Shown in pieces: positions 40,658 to 48,634 of a stretch of 64,000 nucleotides of DNA. Under the pieces are notes generated by a model. The model saw only the letters and a program-made list of their open reading frames with translations. It was not told the origin of the DNA and searched no databases. The stretch is from positions 54,511 through 118,510 of the forward strand of contig JACPYG010000006.1 of the NCBI GenBank assembly GCA_016196125.1, given 5' to 3'. The number at the start of each line of letters is the position of its first letter. Positions within the stretch are counted from its first letter, which is position 1. Made by a program: the position numbers and the translations under genes. Source of the stretch: Candidatus Staskawiczbacteria bacterium (GTDB lineage Bacteria > Patescibacteriota > Minisyncoccia > Minisyncoccales > Staskawiczbacteraceae).

Positions 40658-41337
40658 GGTTGGACATCATCCCTAATAAAATAATCATCCACAAAATCTT
40701 TAAATGATTGATTGTCTCGAAAATAATCAGGGAAATTTTCTTGACTAATTATATTCTTTTCTATCCTATCTCTCCTAATATAATCTAAATAACTGGAATA
40801 TGGATATACTGCTAAGAATTTTTTCATATCATTTGGCGCTTTTTTAATTTCATCTTTCCAACCAGGAAATTCTATATCCAGAGAATTAATATGAATGTAT
40901 CCGAATAATTGCCTCATGTAATTATCATCATCTCTAATTAATTTTGATTTGAATAAGCCACCAAATAAAGATCCGCTTCTTTGGTACTTAATATTAAAAA
41001 ACATTGAGTACCCTACACCTACCTTTCTCATAAATCTTGTAATACCGCCATCTATTTCTTGTTTAATCAATAAATGAAAGTGATTTGGCATAAGACACCA
41101 TGCGCCAATGGATATAAGCGGTTCTCCTTTTTCCAATATCAAAATCTGATTGAATGTTTTATGCTGTTGATTTATTAGATTATCAAGACGGAAAAATTGT
41201 TCATTAGAGTTTGAAACATATAAAAGCATTATGAAACGCTCGTAATCTTTTTTTGATTTAAAAATAATACGTTTATCTATGCCACGATTGTATATATGAT
41301 AATACTCGCCGGTAATAAATGGGTCTTTACGTAACAT
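40654..41337 (-). mobile_element. IS200/IS605-like Y1 (HUH) transposase, REP-associated tyrosine transposase (RAYT)-like
   Basis: HIYNRG ... LMPNHFHLLI (HuH motif) ... C-terminal Tyr region; flanked on both sides by identical hairpins. Confidence 0.75.
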
Positions 41338-41365
41338 ATTTATAGTATACTAACTAACCAACAAC

Positions 41366-41400
41366 TAAGCAAGAACGGTTCTTGCTTAAACTTGCTTGAC
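41366..41400. repeat. REP-like hairpin copy 2 (TAAGCAAGAACGGTTCTTGCTTAAA plus partial CTTGCTTGAC)
   Basis: Identical core to the hairpin at 40636-40657. Confidence 0.7.
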
Positions 41401-41410
41401 TATATCCAAC

Positions 41411-41440
41411 TAAAAAGCCCCTTTCGGGGCTTTTTGGTTT
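41411..41440 (-). terminator. rho-independent (bidirectional) terminator AAAAAGCCCCTTTCGGGGCTTTTTGG downstream of the surface-protein gene
   Basis: GC stem GCCCC/GGGGC with TTTC loop, flanked by A-run and T-run. Confidence 0.75.
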
Positions 41441-41508
41441 TTCCCTTCAGCCAGTCCCTGCCCGTCCACAAGTCGGGCACAAGAAAGGCAAGGGGTTCAT
41501 TCAGAAAA

Positions 41509-44500
41509 CTATCTTGTCCAGGTTTCAGAGGACAATGAATCTTTTACAAGATAACTGTTTGTCCAGTCAGCAGTAGCAGTTGATCCGCTCGTTGCAGCAG
41601 TATGAGCTATTGCTGAATTATCTGACCATATCAAGTCTGCATCTTCTGCCGAAGCGCTTGCTGTGGCAGAGGTGAATAACTTAATAATACCAGTCAACGA
41701 TGTACCAACATTCAGGTAGCCAATAAAGTCAACTGAAGTACTGCCGAATGTTACATCTGCAGTATCCGGGCTAAACGATATGGCAACGCTGTCTGCGGCT
41801 GTGTCGGTGGCGCCATCTAATCTAAACTCTTGAGGAACTCCATTAAGAGTGTAAGTAGTAGAAGTTCCAGCGATAATCACATCTTCTGTAGAGCCATCCC
41901 AAGTTACAATAATCTTGCTGTTAAGTTCGCTTACTCCGTCAGTGCTTTCTAAGCTGGTTGCAGTATCTTCATCCACAATACTTACAGAGGCGGTGATATC
42001 AACGCCGTCTTTGTAGAACTTAAACGACTCCAACTCCAGTTCGTCATCTGTTCCTCCATCAGACCATGCTACATCAAATTTAAGCTGTTTAACACTAATA
42101 TCGCCCGCTACTGGAGCGGCAACTTTCATGCTATACAAATCCAAGACCTGACCATTAGCAATAGTGCCTGAATTATCTAACTCAACCTTTGAAAGAGTTG
42201 GAACTGACCTATAAACATAAGTGCTGTTTCCGTCTCTTTCTGTGGTGCTTGTTGATACGGTTCCTTGTTCATCCATGTATTCAACAAATGACAGGGCTGG
42301 GACTATTCTCAATCCCGATGTGCCATTTGTGGCTGATGGAACAGCCAAGGTTGCTTTGGCAGTCAAGGTTTTTGATGTGCCTGCAGGAACTGCAACGTTC
42401 AAACCAGTGAAATAATAACCGCCAGTAGAACCATTGGTATCAATGGCGTTAAAGCTTTGCGCTGTACCAACCTGAACACTGCCATCCCACAGCGTTAAGC
42501 TGGAAATAGCATCTTCAGCATTGTCTGTTGCAGTAGAAGCAACATCTGGGTCAATTTTGACTTCTGTCAAAGTAAATGGCCTGTAATCAGCGGAGAATTT
42601 CCATCTTCCAATCTCAACCTCTTGATTTCCAGAAACCGTCTGGTTTTGAGGTGTGCCGATAAATGCAGTTGTAAGAGCGCCCGTAGTGTATGTTAATGCC
42701 TGACCGGTAACTTCTGCCGAATTGGCCGCAACAGCTGAAGAAACAGTAGTGCTGTCAATATCCAATACAACTGTTCCCGTGCCGGTTGTCATACCGCTGG
42801 CAACGTCCATATACACTTCTACAGGAATGGTTACTCCTGCGGCAAGTGTGTAGTTAATTGACCATGCGTTTGCAGCGGCAACGGTTGGCTTTACCGATGT
42901 CATCTGTGTTCCGTACTTTACATACAAGTTTGTTGCATATGTGCTTACTTCGTCAACGGCAACATTGATAGTTGAAATATTAACTGCCTCTGATGTGCTT
43001 GGAACTAAGTTGTAATCAGCAACTTTGTAAGCAAACAAAGGAGCAACAACTGAATGGGCTGCGTAAGCAGGGTCTAACGACAATGACAATGTGCCTTGGG
43101 CAACTGTCAAAGTATTAGCGCTTATATCGCCTGAAGGCACATCAAGTGTAGTTGAAGAAACTAAACCTGTAGCATTGTTGTTGGTGCTGGCTCCTTCAAT
43201 TGTAACTTGAATAGTGCTGCCCGAAACAATGCTGTTTGTGCTGTCTGAAGTGCCTGTGTCGTAAATATCGGCCCTTACCGTCAATATTACAGGGCTTCCC
43301 GGTTCAACTATCAAAGATGAACCCAAGTTAAATGTGGTGTAGTCAAAGCTTGAATCTGCCGGGTCATAAAGAGTGGTTGTGCTTCCAATTTGAACTCCAT
43401 TGGCGTAAATTGCTCCATTTCTTAATCCGCTAACGCCTGATGTGTTAACATTTGCAGAAATATAAAGAGTTTCAATCTTTACTTTCTCGCCAGCGGCTTT
43501 TAATTCAAATTTTGCCAATAAAGCGTTTGATGCGGCATCAACAATATCTCCCGATGGAGAATCCGACATCTTTGTAATTGTCAGAGTTCCGGAATTTATT
43601 GTTTGCGCGCCTGTTGACCTCTTGGTAAATGACGCGTCTGAAATTAAGTCAGACAATACATTTGCCATATATTGACTGTCAACAACGGTAACATCGGCTA
43701 CATTCCACAGGTGCATTGTGAAGTTCAAGCTTGAACCGCCAATAATGTCGGCTAAAACTTTAACAACTCTTGTTCCGGCTTCCAACCTTTTTGGAGTTCC
43801 GGTTAAGTCAAAAGTTACATAGCTTTGGTCTAAGCTGTCTGCCATTAATTGCTGTGTTGAACCAACTTGTATTCCGTCAACATATAGTTTGAAATTTTTT
43901 AAATCTGTGTTAGAAACGCTTCCGGTTTTCCTGAAGCTGATTCTTGTCATATCAACCGCCCTTGTAGTAACAATTACGCTGTTTTGGAAAACAGTGTAAC
44001 CGTCTTGAGGGTCAACATCAGCCGCCGCAGGGGTTGTTGTGGCATTCCACTCCACTCCTGCTAATGTTCCGGTTGCTATTGTCATTAAGTTTCCTGTAAT
44101 AGGATATGTTCCTTTTACAGAACTGGCGTTTGTTGTGACACTGGACATTGAAACAACTTGCATTCCAACTGTTTCTCCAGATGTGCCATTAACATCAGAC
44201 AATACAGAGATTGTCATAGAACCCATTGAAGGCACTGTGAACAATCCTGAAGTATTATTGAAGTTAATCATGGTTTCTGAAACAGCTGACCCATCGGTTA
44301 ATCTTACGGCTCCATTAAACAAATAGACATTGGTCAAAGAAGCGTCGGCTGAAACACCAATTCTCTTTAACTTTAATCCTGTAACCTTTACCGGAGCATT
44401 GTCTCCGTTTGTAAAGGTTAATTTTGCCAATGAGGCTAATGCCTGACCGTCAACAATTGTTCCTGTGGCTGGGTTGTCAGAAGCCAACATTACTGTAAGC

Positions 44501-44985
44501 CCTGCTCCGGTTGGAACTGGTGTTGGGGTTGGTATTGGAGTTTGAGTTGGTGAGCTGGCTAACCATGAATTTAATAAACCTCTTGTTAAAGGACCAACCT
44601 GGTTTGCAGGTATCCATCCTTGCGCGGCCTGTAATGCCCTGACCTTTGCTAAGGTCAAAGGACCAAAGTACATGGTTTCATTTCCAGGCGAACCTGCTCC
44701 TGTTATTGCAAGCTGGTATCCATGGGAATTCATAAGTGTTTGCATACACTTTACGTCTTGCCCGGTAGAACCAACCGTCAAATTCCTTGTAAATGTGACT
44801 CCAACGCAATTTGCAGACGTGCCACCAGTTGTCTGTTGGCCTTGCAATGCGGCTAGTTGAGCCATCAAGGCATTAATCTGAGCTTGCAAATCTGACAAAA
44901 GGTCAGCTGAAGCTATTCCAGGAGCAATCGTTGCAACCATAGTCAAAGCGACTGTGGCTGATATGATTGTTTTTCTTATATTCAT
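41509..44985 (-). CDS. large secreted cell-surface protein (signal peptide, coiled-coil, PG_binding_1-like domain, long Thr/Ser/Gly/Ala/Val-rich beta-rich region); S-layer/surface-array candidate
   Basis: The N-terminus MNIRKTIISATVALTMVATIAPGIASA is signal-like. LTVGSTGQDVKCMQTLMNSHGY...FGPLTLAKVRALQAAQG matches the peptidoglycan-binding motif. The remaining ~950 aa are low-complexity T/S/G/A/V-rich. No LPXTG or SLH motif was seen. Confidence 0.7.
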   Translation of the reverse strand: MNIRKTIISATVALTMVATIAPGIASADLLSDLQAQINALMAQLAALQGQQTTGGTSANCVGVTFTRNLTVGSTGQDVKCMQTLMNSHGYQLAITGAGSPGNETMYFGPLTLAKVRALQAAQGWIPANQVGPLTRGLLNSWLASSPTQTPIPTPTPVPTGAGLTVMLASDNPATGTIVDGQALASLAKLTFTNGDNAPVKVTGLKLKRIGVSADASLTNVYLFNGAVRLTDGSAVSETMINFNNTSGLFTVPSMGSMTISVLSDVNGTSGETVGMQVVSMSSVTTNASSVKGTYPITGNLMTIATGTLAGVEWNATTTPAAADVDPQDGYTVFQNSVIVTTRAVDMTRISFRKTGSVSNTDLKNFKLYVDGIQVGSTQQLMADSLDQSYVTFDLTGTPKRLEAGTRVVKVLADIIGGSSLNFTMHLWNVADVTVVDSQYMANVLSDLISDASFTKRSTGAQTINSGTLTITKMSDSPSGDIVDAASNALLAKFELKAAGEKVKIETLYISANVNTSGVSGLRNGAIYANGVQIGSTTTLYDPADSSFDYTTFNLGSSLIVEPGSPVILTVRADIYDTGTSDSTNSIVSGSTIQVTIEGASTNNNATGLVSSTTLDVPSGDISANTLTVAQGTLSLSLDPAYAAHSVVAPLFAYKVADYNLVPSTSEAVNISTINVAVDEVSTYATNLYVKYGTQMTSVKPTVAAANAWSINYTLAAGVTIPVEVYMDVASGMTTGTGTVVLDIDSTTVSSAVAANSAEVTGQALTYTTGALTTAFIGTPQNQTVSGNQEVEIGRWKFSADYRPFTLTEVKIDPDVASTATDNAEDAISSLTLWDGSVQVGTAQSFNAIDTNGSTGGYYFTGLNVAVPAGTSKTLTAKATLAVPSATNGTSGLRIVPALSFVEYMDEQGTVSTSTTERDGNSTYVYRSVPTLSKVELDNSGTIANGQVLDLYSMKVAAPVAGDISVKQLKFDVAWSDGGTDDELELESFKFYKDGVDITASVSIVDEDTATSLESTDGVSELNSKIIVTWDGSTEDVIIAGTSTTYTLNGVPQEFRLDGATDTAADSVAISFSPDTADVTFGSTSVDFIGYLNVGTSLTGIIKLFTSATASASAEDADLIWSDNSAIAHTAATSGSTATADWTNSYLVKDSLSSETWTR

Positions 44986-45093
44986 TTTTGTTTATTTTTT
45001 GTAATTAATTTTATGATTTTTTTTCTCGCCGGTCGACCATTTCACTCGCGATTTTACGTATTAATCACGAATAACGACTCATCAATTATTATG

Positions 45094-45126
45094 TCAAAAG
45101 GCAAAGATACGTAATTTCTTTGCCTG
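45094..45126 (-). terminator. hairpin GGCAAAGA-N9-TCTTTGCC with T-run (minus strand) downstream of the anti-sigma-like gene
   Basis: Read directly; 8-bp stem and 9-nt loop, with TTTT following on the minus strand. Confidence 0.45.
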
Positions 45127-45135
45127 TCAAATTAT

Positions 45136-45903
45136 CTAATCATTTATTGTCAATATTCCTTCTAATGCATCAGAATACTTGCCATCTGCGTATAAATCTT
45201 TAACTTCTTGCATTATTTTTTGCTGATCTTCTGTCAAAGTTGTATTTTCCAAGTCGTCAATCTCTCTTAGGACCAAAGGAGCTAATGCATCATTTAAATC
45301 TTTTGATTCTTTGGTATCCTCTAAGTCTACTCCTAATGTTTGTAACTCCTTTTTATTATCTTTTATTTTTTTAATCTGAAATGCAATATCTTTTATTGAT
45401 TTGTAATCTTTTTGCTCCATACCGCTAATGCCAACCAGATTTTTTGTCGCTTCTGAAATACTTGCCTGAAATTCTCTTATAGCCGGAGCTATATTCTGCA
45501 TTTTGTTATCTTTTACGACCTGCGTTAAATCGTCCAATCTTCTATTGGCTGTTTCAAAATTATTTTTTAGTTGATTTTCCTGTGATATGAAAGCTGTTTG
45601 CGACTGTTCTGTCAGCTTCTTTACCGAAAATAACGCATCTCCCGGCATTGTATACTGGGCAAAACCAAACATTCCAACCATTATGAATAAAAGGCTTGCA
45701 AAAGCATAAGCTAATTTTCTTTGATGGATCAATGCTGGCAAAAAGTCTAAGAAACCAAATGTCTGTTTTTTCTGCGCTTTTATTTGTCCCTTTACCGGTG
45801 ATTGAGCGATAAATATCTGATTTTTAACCAAAACCACCCAGTCTTTATTGGGCTTTATTTGCTGGAATTCCTTTAATTTATTAATTAGTTGTTTCTCATG
45901 CAT
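45136..45903 (-). CDS. membrane-anchored putative anti-sigma factor (single transmembrane helix, extracytoplasmic coiled-coil-like domain)
   Basis: Directly downstream of the ECF sigma gene. One hydrophobic helix (LAYAFASLLFIMVGMFGFAQY). The start is trimmed to the internal ATG at 45903 so the gene does not overlap the palindromic element. Confidence 0.5.
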   Translation of the reverse strand: MHEKQLINKLKEFQQIKPNKDWVVLVKNQIFIAQSPVKGQIKAQKKQTFGFLDFLPALIHQRKLAYAFASLLFIMVGMFGFAQYTMPGDALFSVKKLTEQSQTAFISQENQLKNNFETANRRLDDLTQVVKDNKMQNIAPAIREFQASISEATKNLVGISGMEQKDYKSIKDIAFQIKKIKDNKKELQTLGVDLEDTKESKDLNDALAPLVLREIDDLENTTLTEDQQKIMQEVKDLYADGKYSDALEGILTIND

Positions 45904-45950
45904 TGTACATCTACGACGCAAAAACTGGCTTTTTATTACAATTTTATCCA

Positions 45951-46025
45951 TATGGAAATAAGGATATTTTTCAACGCCCGCCAAACCCACGGCCAGTCCG
46001 AATTGAAAAATATCCTTATTTCCAC
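45951..46025. repeat. 75-nt palindromic element, copy A (21-bp arms, 28-nt loop CGCCCGCCAAACCCACGGCCAGTCCGAA); candidate structured RNA
   Basis: Arms ggaaataaggatatttttcaa / ttgaaaaatatccttatttcc. Copy B at 61049-61125 has compensatory arm substitutions. Confidence 0.6.
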
Positions 46026-46037
46026 GATAGCCGTGCT

Positions 46038-46559
46038 TTATGATTCTTGTATTTTTTTTGCTTCTATTTCTTTTTTTAGGGCTTTTAGTCCTCTATGAAG
46101 CATAACCCTTACCGTACCTTCGGGTTTACCCATAATTTCGGCTATTTCAGGGACCCTCATATCGTCTATGTAATGACAAATAATTATATCCTGGTAGTCT
46201 TGTTTTAAATTTTGAATGGCAAGCTTAACTTTTTGGAATTCAGAACTCAATATGGCCTTCTCTTCCAATCCCATACCTGAGTCAACTATTTGAGGCGCAA
46301 GAGAAGTTGAAATAACCTTTATTTTGGCTTTTTCCCTATAATGGTCAATCACTGTATTTCTGGCAATTTGGTATAAAAAGGCGCTTGGATTAAGAATTCC
46401 TGATCCTTGGCTCTGGAAGGCCTCCCAGCCCTTTAAAAACACCTTTGAAGTGATATCTTCGGATATTTCTTGTGAACTTACCTTAAAATAAACAAATCTA
46501 TATATTTTATCAATATATTGGTCGTAAATCTGACTGAATTTTTCTTGATAGTTATCCAT
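46038..46559 (-). CDS. RNA polymerase sigma-70 factor, ECF subfamily
   Basis: Region 2 (KIYRFVYFKV...SEDITSKVFLKGWE) and region 4 (VPEIAEIMGKPEGTVRVMLHRGLKALK) motifs; 173 aa. Confidence 0.85.
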   Translation of the reverse strand: MDNYQEKFSQIYDQYIDKIYRFVYFKVSSQEISEDITSKVFLKGWEAFQSQGSGILNPSAFLYQIARNTVIDHYREKAKIKVISTSLAPQIVDSGMGLEEKAILSSEFQKVKLAIQNLKQDYQDIIICHYIDDMRVPEIAEIMGKPEGTVRVMLHRGLKALKKEIEAKKIQES

Positions 46560-46587
46560 TGATTATAATATAATAAAAACCTAATAA

Positions 46588-46660
46588 AGTCAACTCTTCA
46601 CCCCGCCATTAGCGATATTACAAAAATGATATCAGTTGTATCCTTGGGGTGAAGAGTCAA
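46588..46660. promoter_or_regulatory. 12-bp inverted repeat ACTCTTCACCCC-N41-GGGGTGAAGAGT within the ECF sigma promoter region (TATAAT-rich); the same core also lies upstream of clpB
   Basis: Read directly. The second instance is at 51342-51443. A tandem GATAGGACAA x2 and its inverted copy sit adjacent at 46666-46720. Confidence 0.5.
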
Positions 46661-46704
46661 TAGTTGATAGGACAAGATAGGACAAATAAATATTTATTAG
46701 GACA

Positions 46705-47427
46705 TTAACCTTGTCCTATCTGATAGGAGACCTGATTCCACTCTCCTACCCGTATTATTCTTCTATTTTTCAATAACTCGTCTAAATCCCGCCTTATTGT
46801 TCTTTTTGTTATATCGCCTAAAAATGTTTTAAAATCTGAAACTTGAGCCTTGCCTTTTTCATTTAAAACTTGAAGTATTTTTTTTTGACGGTCTGAAATT
46901 GAAAATCCAGAAGATTTTGGCTGGCTAATATTTTTATCGGTAAAAGACATCTGATTTTCTATAGTTTTTTGAAAAATAACCTTTTGGGTTTGCTCGACAG
47001 TACTTGTGTTTTCTGCTTTTTTTACCGGTTCGGCTGGCAGTTTTTCTATTGGCAAACTAATTTGACTTTTAATCCTTTCGTACTCTTTAGAGATTATTAA
47101 AAAATTTACAGTATCTATCCAACCAAAAGATTTGGCAAGTTTCAGGTAATTTAAAATAATTTCTATATCTCCTAAAAGCTGACTTTTAGCTTTATCTTTT
47201 TGCAAAGAAGCCCATCCTTGAGTGCCAAAAACTAAAACCAGATTTTCTGTTATTGCCAATGCCCTGTCTTTTGCCCTATTTTTTAACGGCTCTCCTTCAG
47301 GAAAAAAGTCCGATAATCTGTAAACAGCGCTGGTTAATTTTACCCCGTTAGAAATCTGATTGGTAAACGAGTCGGCAGTCGCCTCTGGTAATTTATTTCT
47401 AACGGGGTTTATAAATTTATCTTCCAT
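46705..47427 (-). CDS. hypothetical protein with C-terminal winged-HTH (DeoR-like) domain; putative transcriptional regulator
   Basis: C-terminal KILQVLNEKGKAQVSDFKTFLGDITKRTIRRDLDEL is HTH-like. Confidence 0.5.
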   Translation of the reverse strand: MEDKFINPVRNKLPEATADSFTNQISNGVKLTSAVYRLSDFFPEGEPLKNRAKDRALAITENLVLVFGTQGWASLQKDKAKSQLLGDIEIILNYLKLAKSFGWIDTVNFLIISKEYERIKSQISLPIEKLPAEPVKKAENTSTVEQTQKVIFQKTIENQMSFTDKNISQPKSSGFSISDRQKKILQVLNEKGKAQVSDFKTFLGDITKRTIRRDLDELLKNRRIIRVGEWNQVSYQIGQG

Positions 47428-47462
47428 TTGACCTTCAATTTAACAGAAAGAAAATAGAAAGT

Positions 47463-47510
47463 CAAAAAAACGACTTAGGGCGCGCGATTCAAAATAGAAT
47501 CACGCACCCT
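47463..47510 (-). terminator. rho-independent terminator (13-bp stem with two G-U pairs only on the minus-strand RNA, followed by T7 run)
   Basis: Minus strand gggtgcgtgattc-loop-gaatcgcgcgccc then aagtcgttttttt. The plus-strand version has C-A mismatches, so the structure is strand-specific. Confidence 0.55.
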
Positions 47511-47646
47511 GAAAATCGTCTTTTAATTGTACCACAAAAGAAAAGAATATCAGTATGTGGATAACTTATTTTTAATAAAAAAGCTTTCCGAAGAAAGCTT
47601 TGTGGTAATTTGGTTTTTAATATAGCGGAATTAAGAGAATTATTTT

Positions 47647-47868
47647 TTACATTTCTTTTCTGGATATAATCCAAGGAAGAAAATGATTGCGCGGAATACA
47701 ATCAAAACAGGAAAGCGCCACTCCTCCCGATACCTTTGTAATTTCCTGTCTTGCAATTTTTTCTCCGCAAAAATTGCAGAGAGGAAGGGTTTTTTTATTT
47801 TTGTGTTTGCCTTCTGTTTTTCTTTTTCCTTGAAATCCGACAAAAAATGCCTTTTGCTGGTCTTCCAT
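47647..47868 (-). CDS. small zinc-ribbon protein resembling the ClpX-type zinc-binding domain
   Basis: 73 aa; CNFCGEK...SCFDCI compared with ClpX ZBD CSFCGK...ICDECV. AAGGAGA RBS 7 nt upstream of the ATG. Confidence 0.45.
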   Translation of the reverse strand: MEDQQKAFFVGFQGKRKTEGKHKNKKTLPLCNFCGEKIARQEITKVSGGVALSCFDCIPRNHFLPWIISRKEM

Positions 47869-47905
47869 CTTATTTCTCCTTTTTCAAAGAACTGGCCGCT
47901 TTTAA

Positions 47906-48634
47906 CTACAAACCCAAAAATGCCTTTATCACGTTTACGGGAACAACCGAAATCATACCATCTGAATCGGTATAACTCAAGCCCACAAGCTCGCCTGTAA
48001 TATTAAACAAGGGGCTCCCGGAAACAATTGATTTTTCAGAAATATTTGTTTTTATAGTGTTAATATCAAAACTTCTCACTATTCCTTCATTTACCAGCCA
48101 ATCTTTGGCTTTTACTGAAGAGGCTGCTATTAAAAATACTCTTTGACCTAATTTTATTTTATCGAAATCCGCAAAGCCAACTGTCGGCAAATTACTTTTA
48201 TCAACCTTGATTAGAATTAAATTTTTCTTATAATCTGATTTTTGGATTTTAAAGTCTACTTTTTCTCCGTTTATAAAAATATTAAATTTACTGCCAACAG
48301 GAACCAAGTTTGCTAAAATAACAATTAATCCATCAGATGTTGCAATTAATCCTGATCCTATATAACTATTTTTCGCCAAAGTGGTCACTTGAATTGCCGC
48401 TACTGACTTTGTGACTTTTTCAATAGCCGATTCCAATGCTATATTCTCTTGGATATAAACTTGCTCTTTTGGATTTATAATTATTTTCCCGCTTTTAAAA
48501 TCTTTGACAAAATCAAACCTTTCAAAGTAAGTATTTGTCAACAAATAAGGCAATACAAAAACATTAAAAAAAAGAGCGCCCAACGTCCCTAACAATAAAA
48601 TACCAATAATTATTGATATAACTTTTGTTTTCAT
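47906..48634 (-). CDS. membrane-anchored trypsin-like (S1/HtrA-type fold) serine peptidase domain protein
   Basis: N-terminal TM helix; GSGLIATSDGLIV and SGSPLFNITGELVGL resemble chymotrypsin-fold motifs. The start overlaps the clpB stop. Confidence 0.65.
   Translation of the reverse strand: MKTKVISIIIGILLLGTLGALFFNVFVLPYLLTNTYFERFDFVKDFKSGKIIINPKEQVYIQENIALESAIEKVTKSVAAIQVTTLAKNSYIGSGLIATSDGLIVILANLVPVGSKFNIFINGEKVDFKIQKSDYKKNLILIKVDKSNLPTVGFADFDKIKLGQRVFLIAASSVKAKDWLVNEGIVRSFDINTIKTNISEKSIVSGSPLFNITGELVGLSYTDSDGMISVVPVNVIKAFLGL

Noticed and set aside
41509-44985. Higher GC of the surface-protein gene as evidence of horizontal transfer
   Set aside because: The GC excess follows from the extreme Ala/Gly/Thr/Val/Ser content (GC-rich codons). 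Flanking intergenic DNA and third-position usage look native.
45904-45990. Extended N-terminus of the anti-sigma-like ORF (start at 45990 as in the ORF track)
   Set aside because: That extension would read through the conserved palindromic element. An internal ATG at 45903 gives a conventional N-terminus (MHEKQL...), so the shorter model is preferred, though not proven.
47489-47701. 70-aa and 67-aa overlapping ORFs (47489-47701, 47640-47843) and the plus-strand 105-aa ORF at 47683-48000
   Set aside because: They overlap each other and the better-supported 73-aa zinc-ribbon ORF, which has an AAGGAGA RBS. They have low-complexity, K/F-rich composition typical of chance ORFs in a poly-purine/pyrimidine tract.
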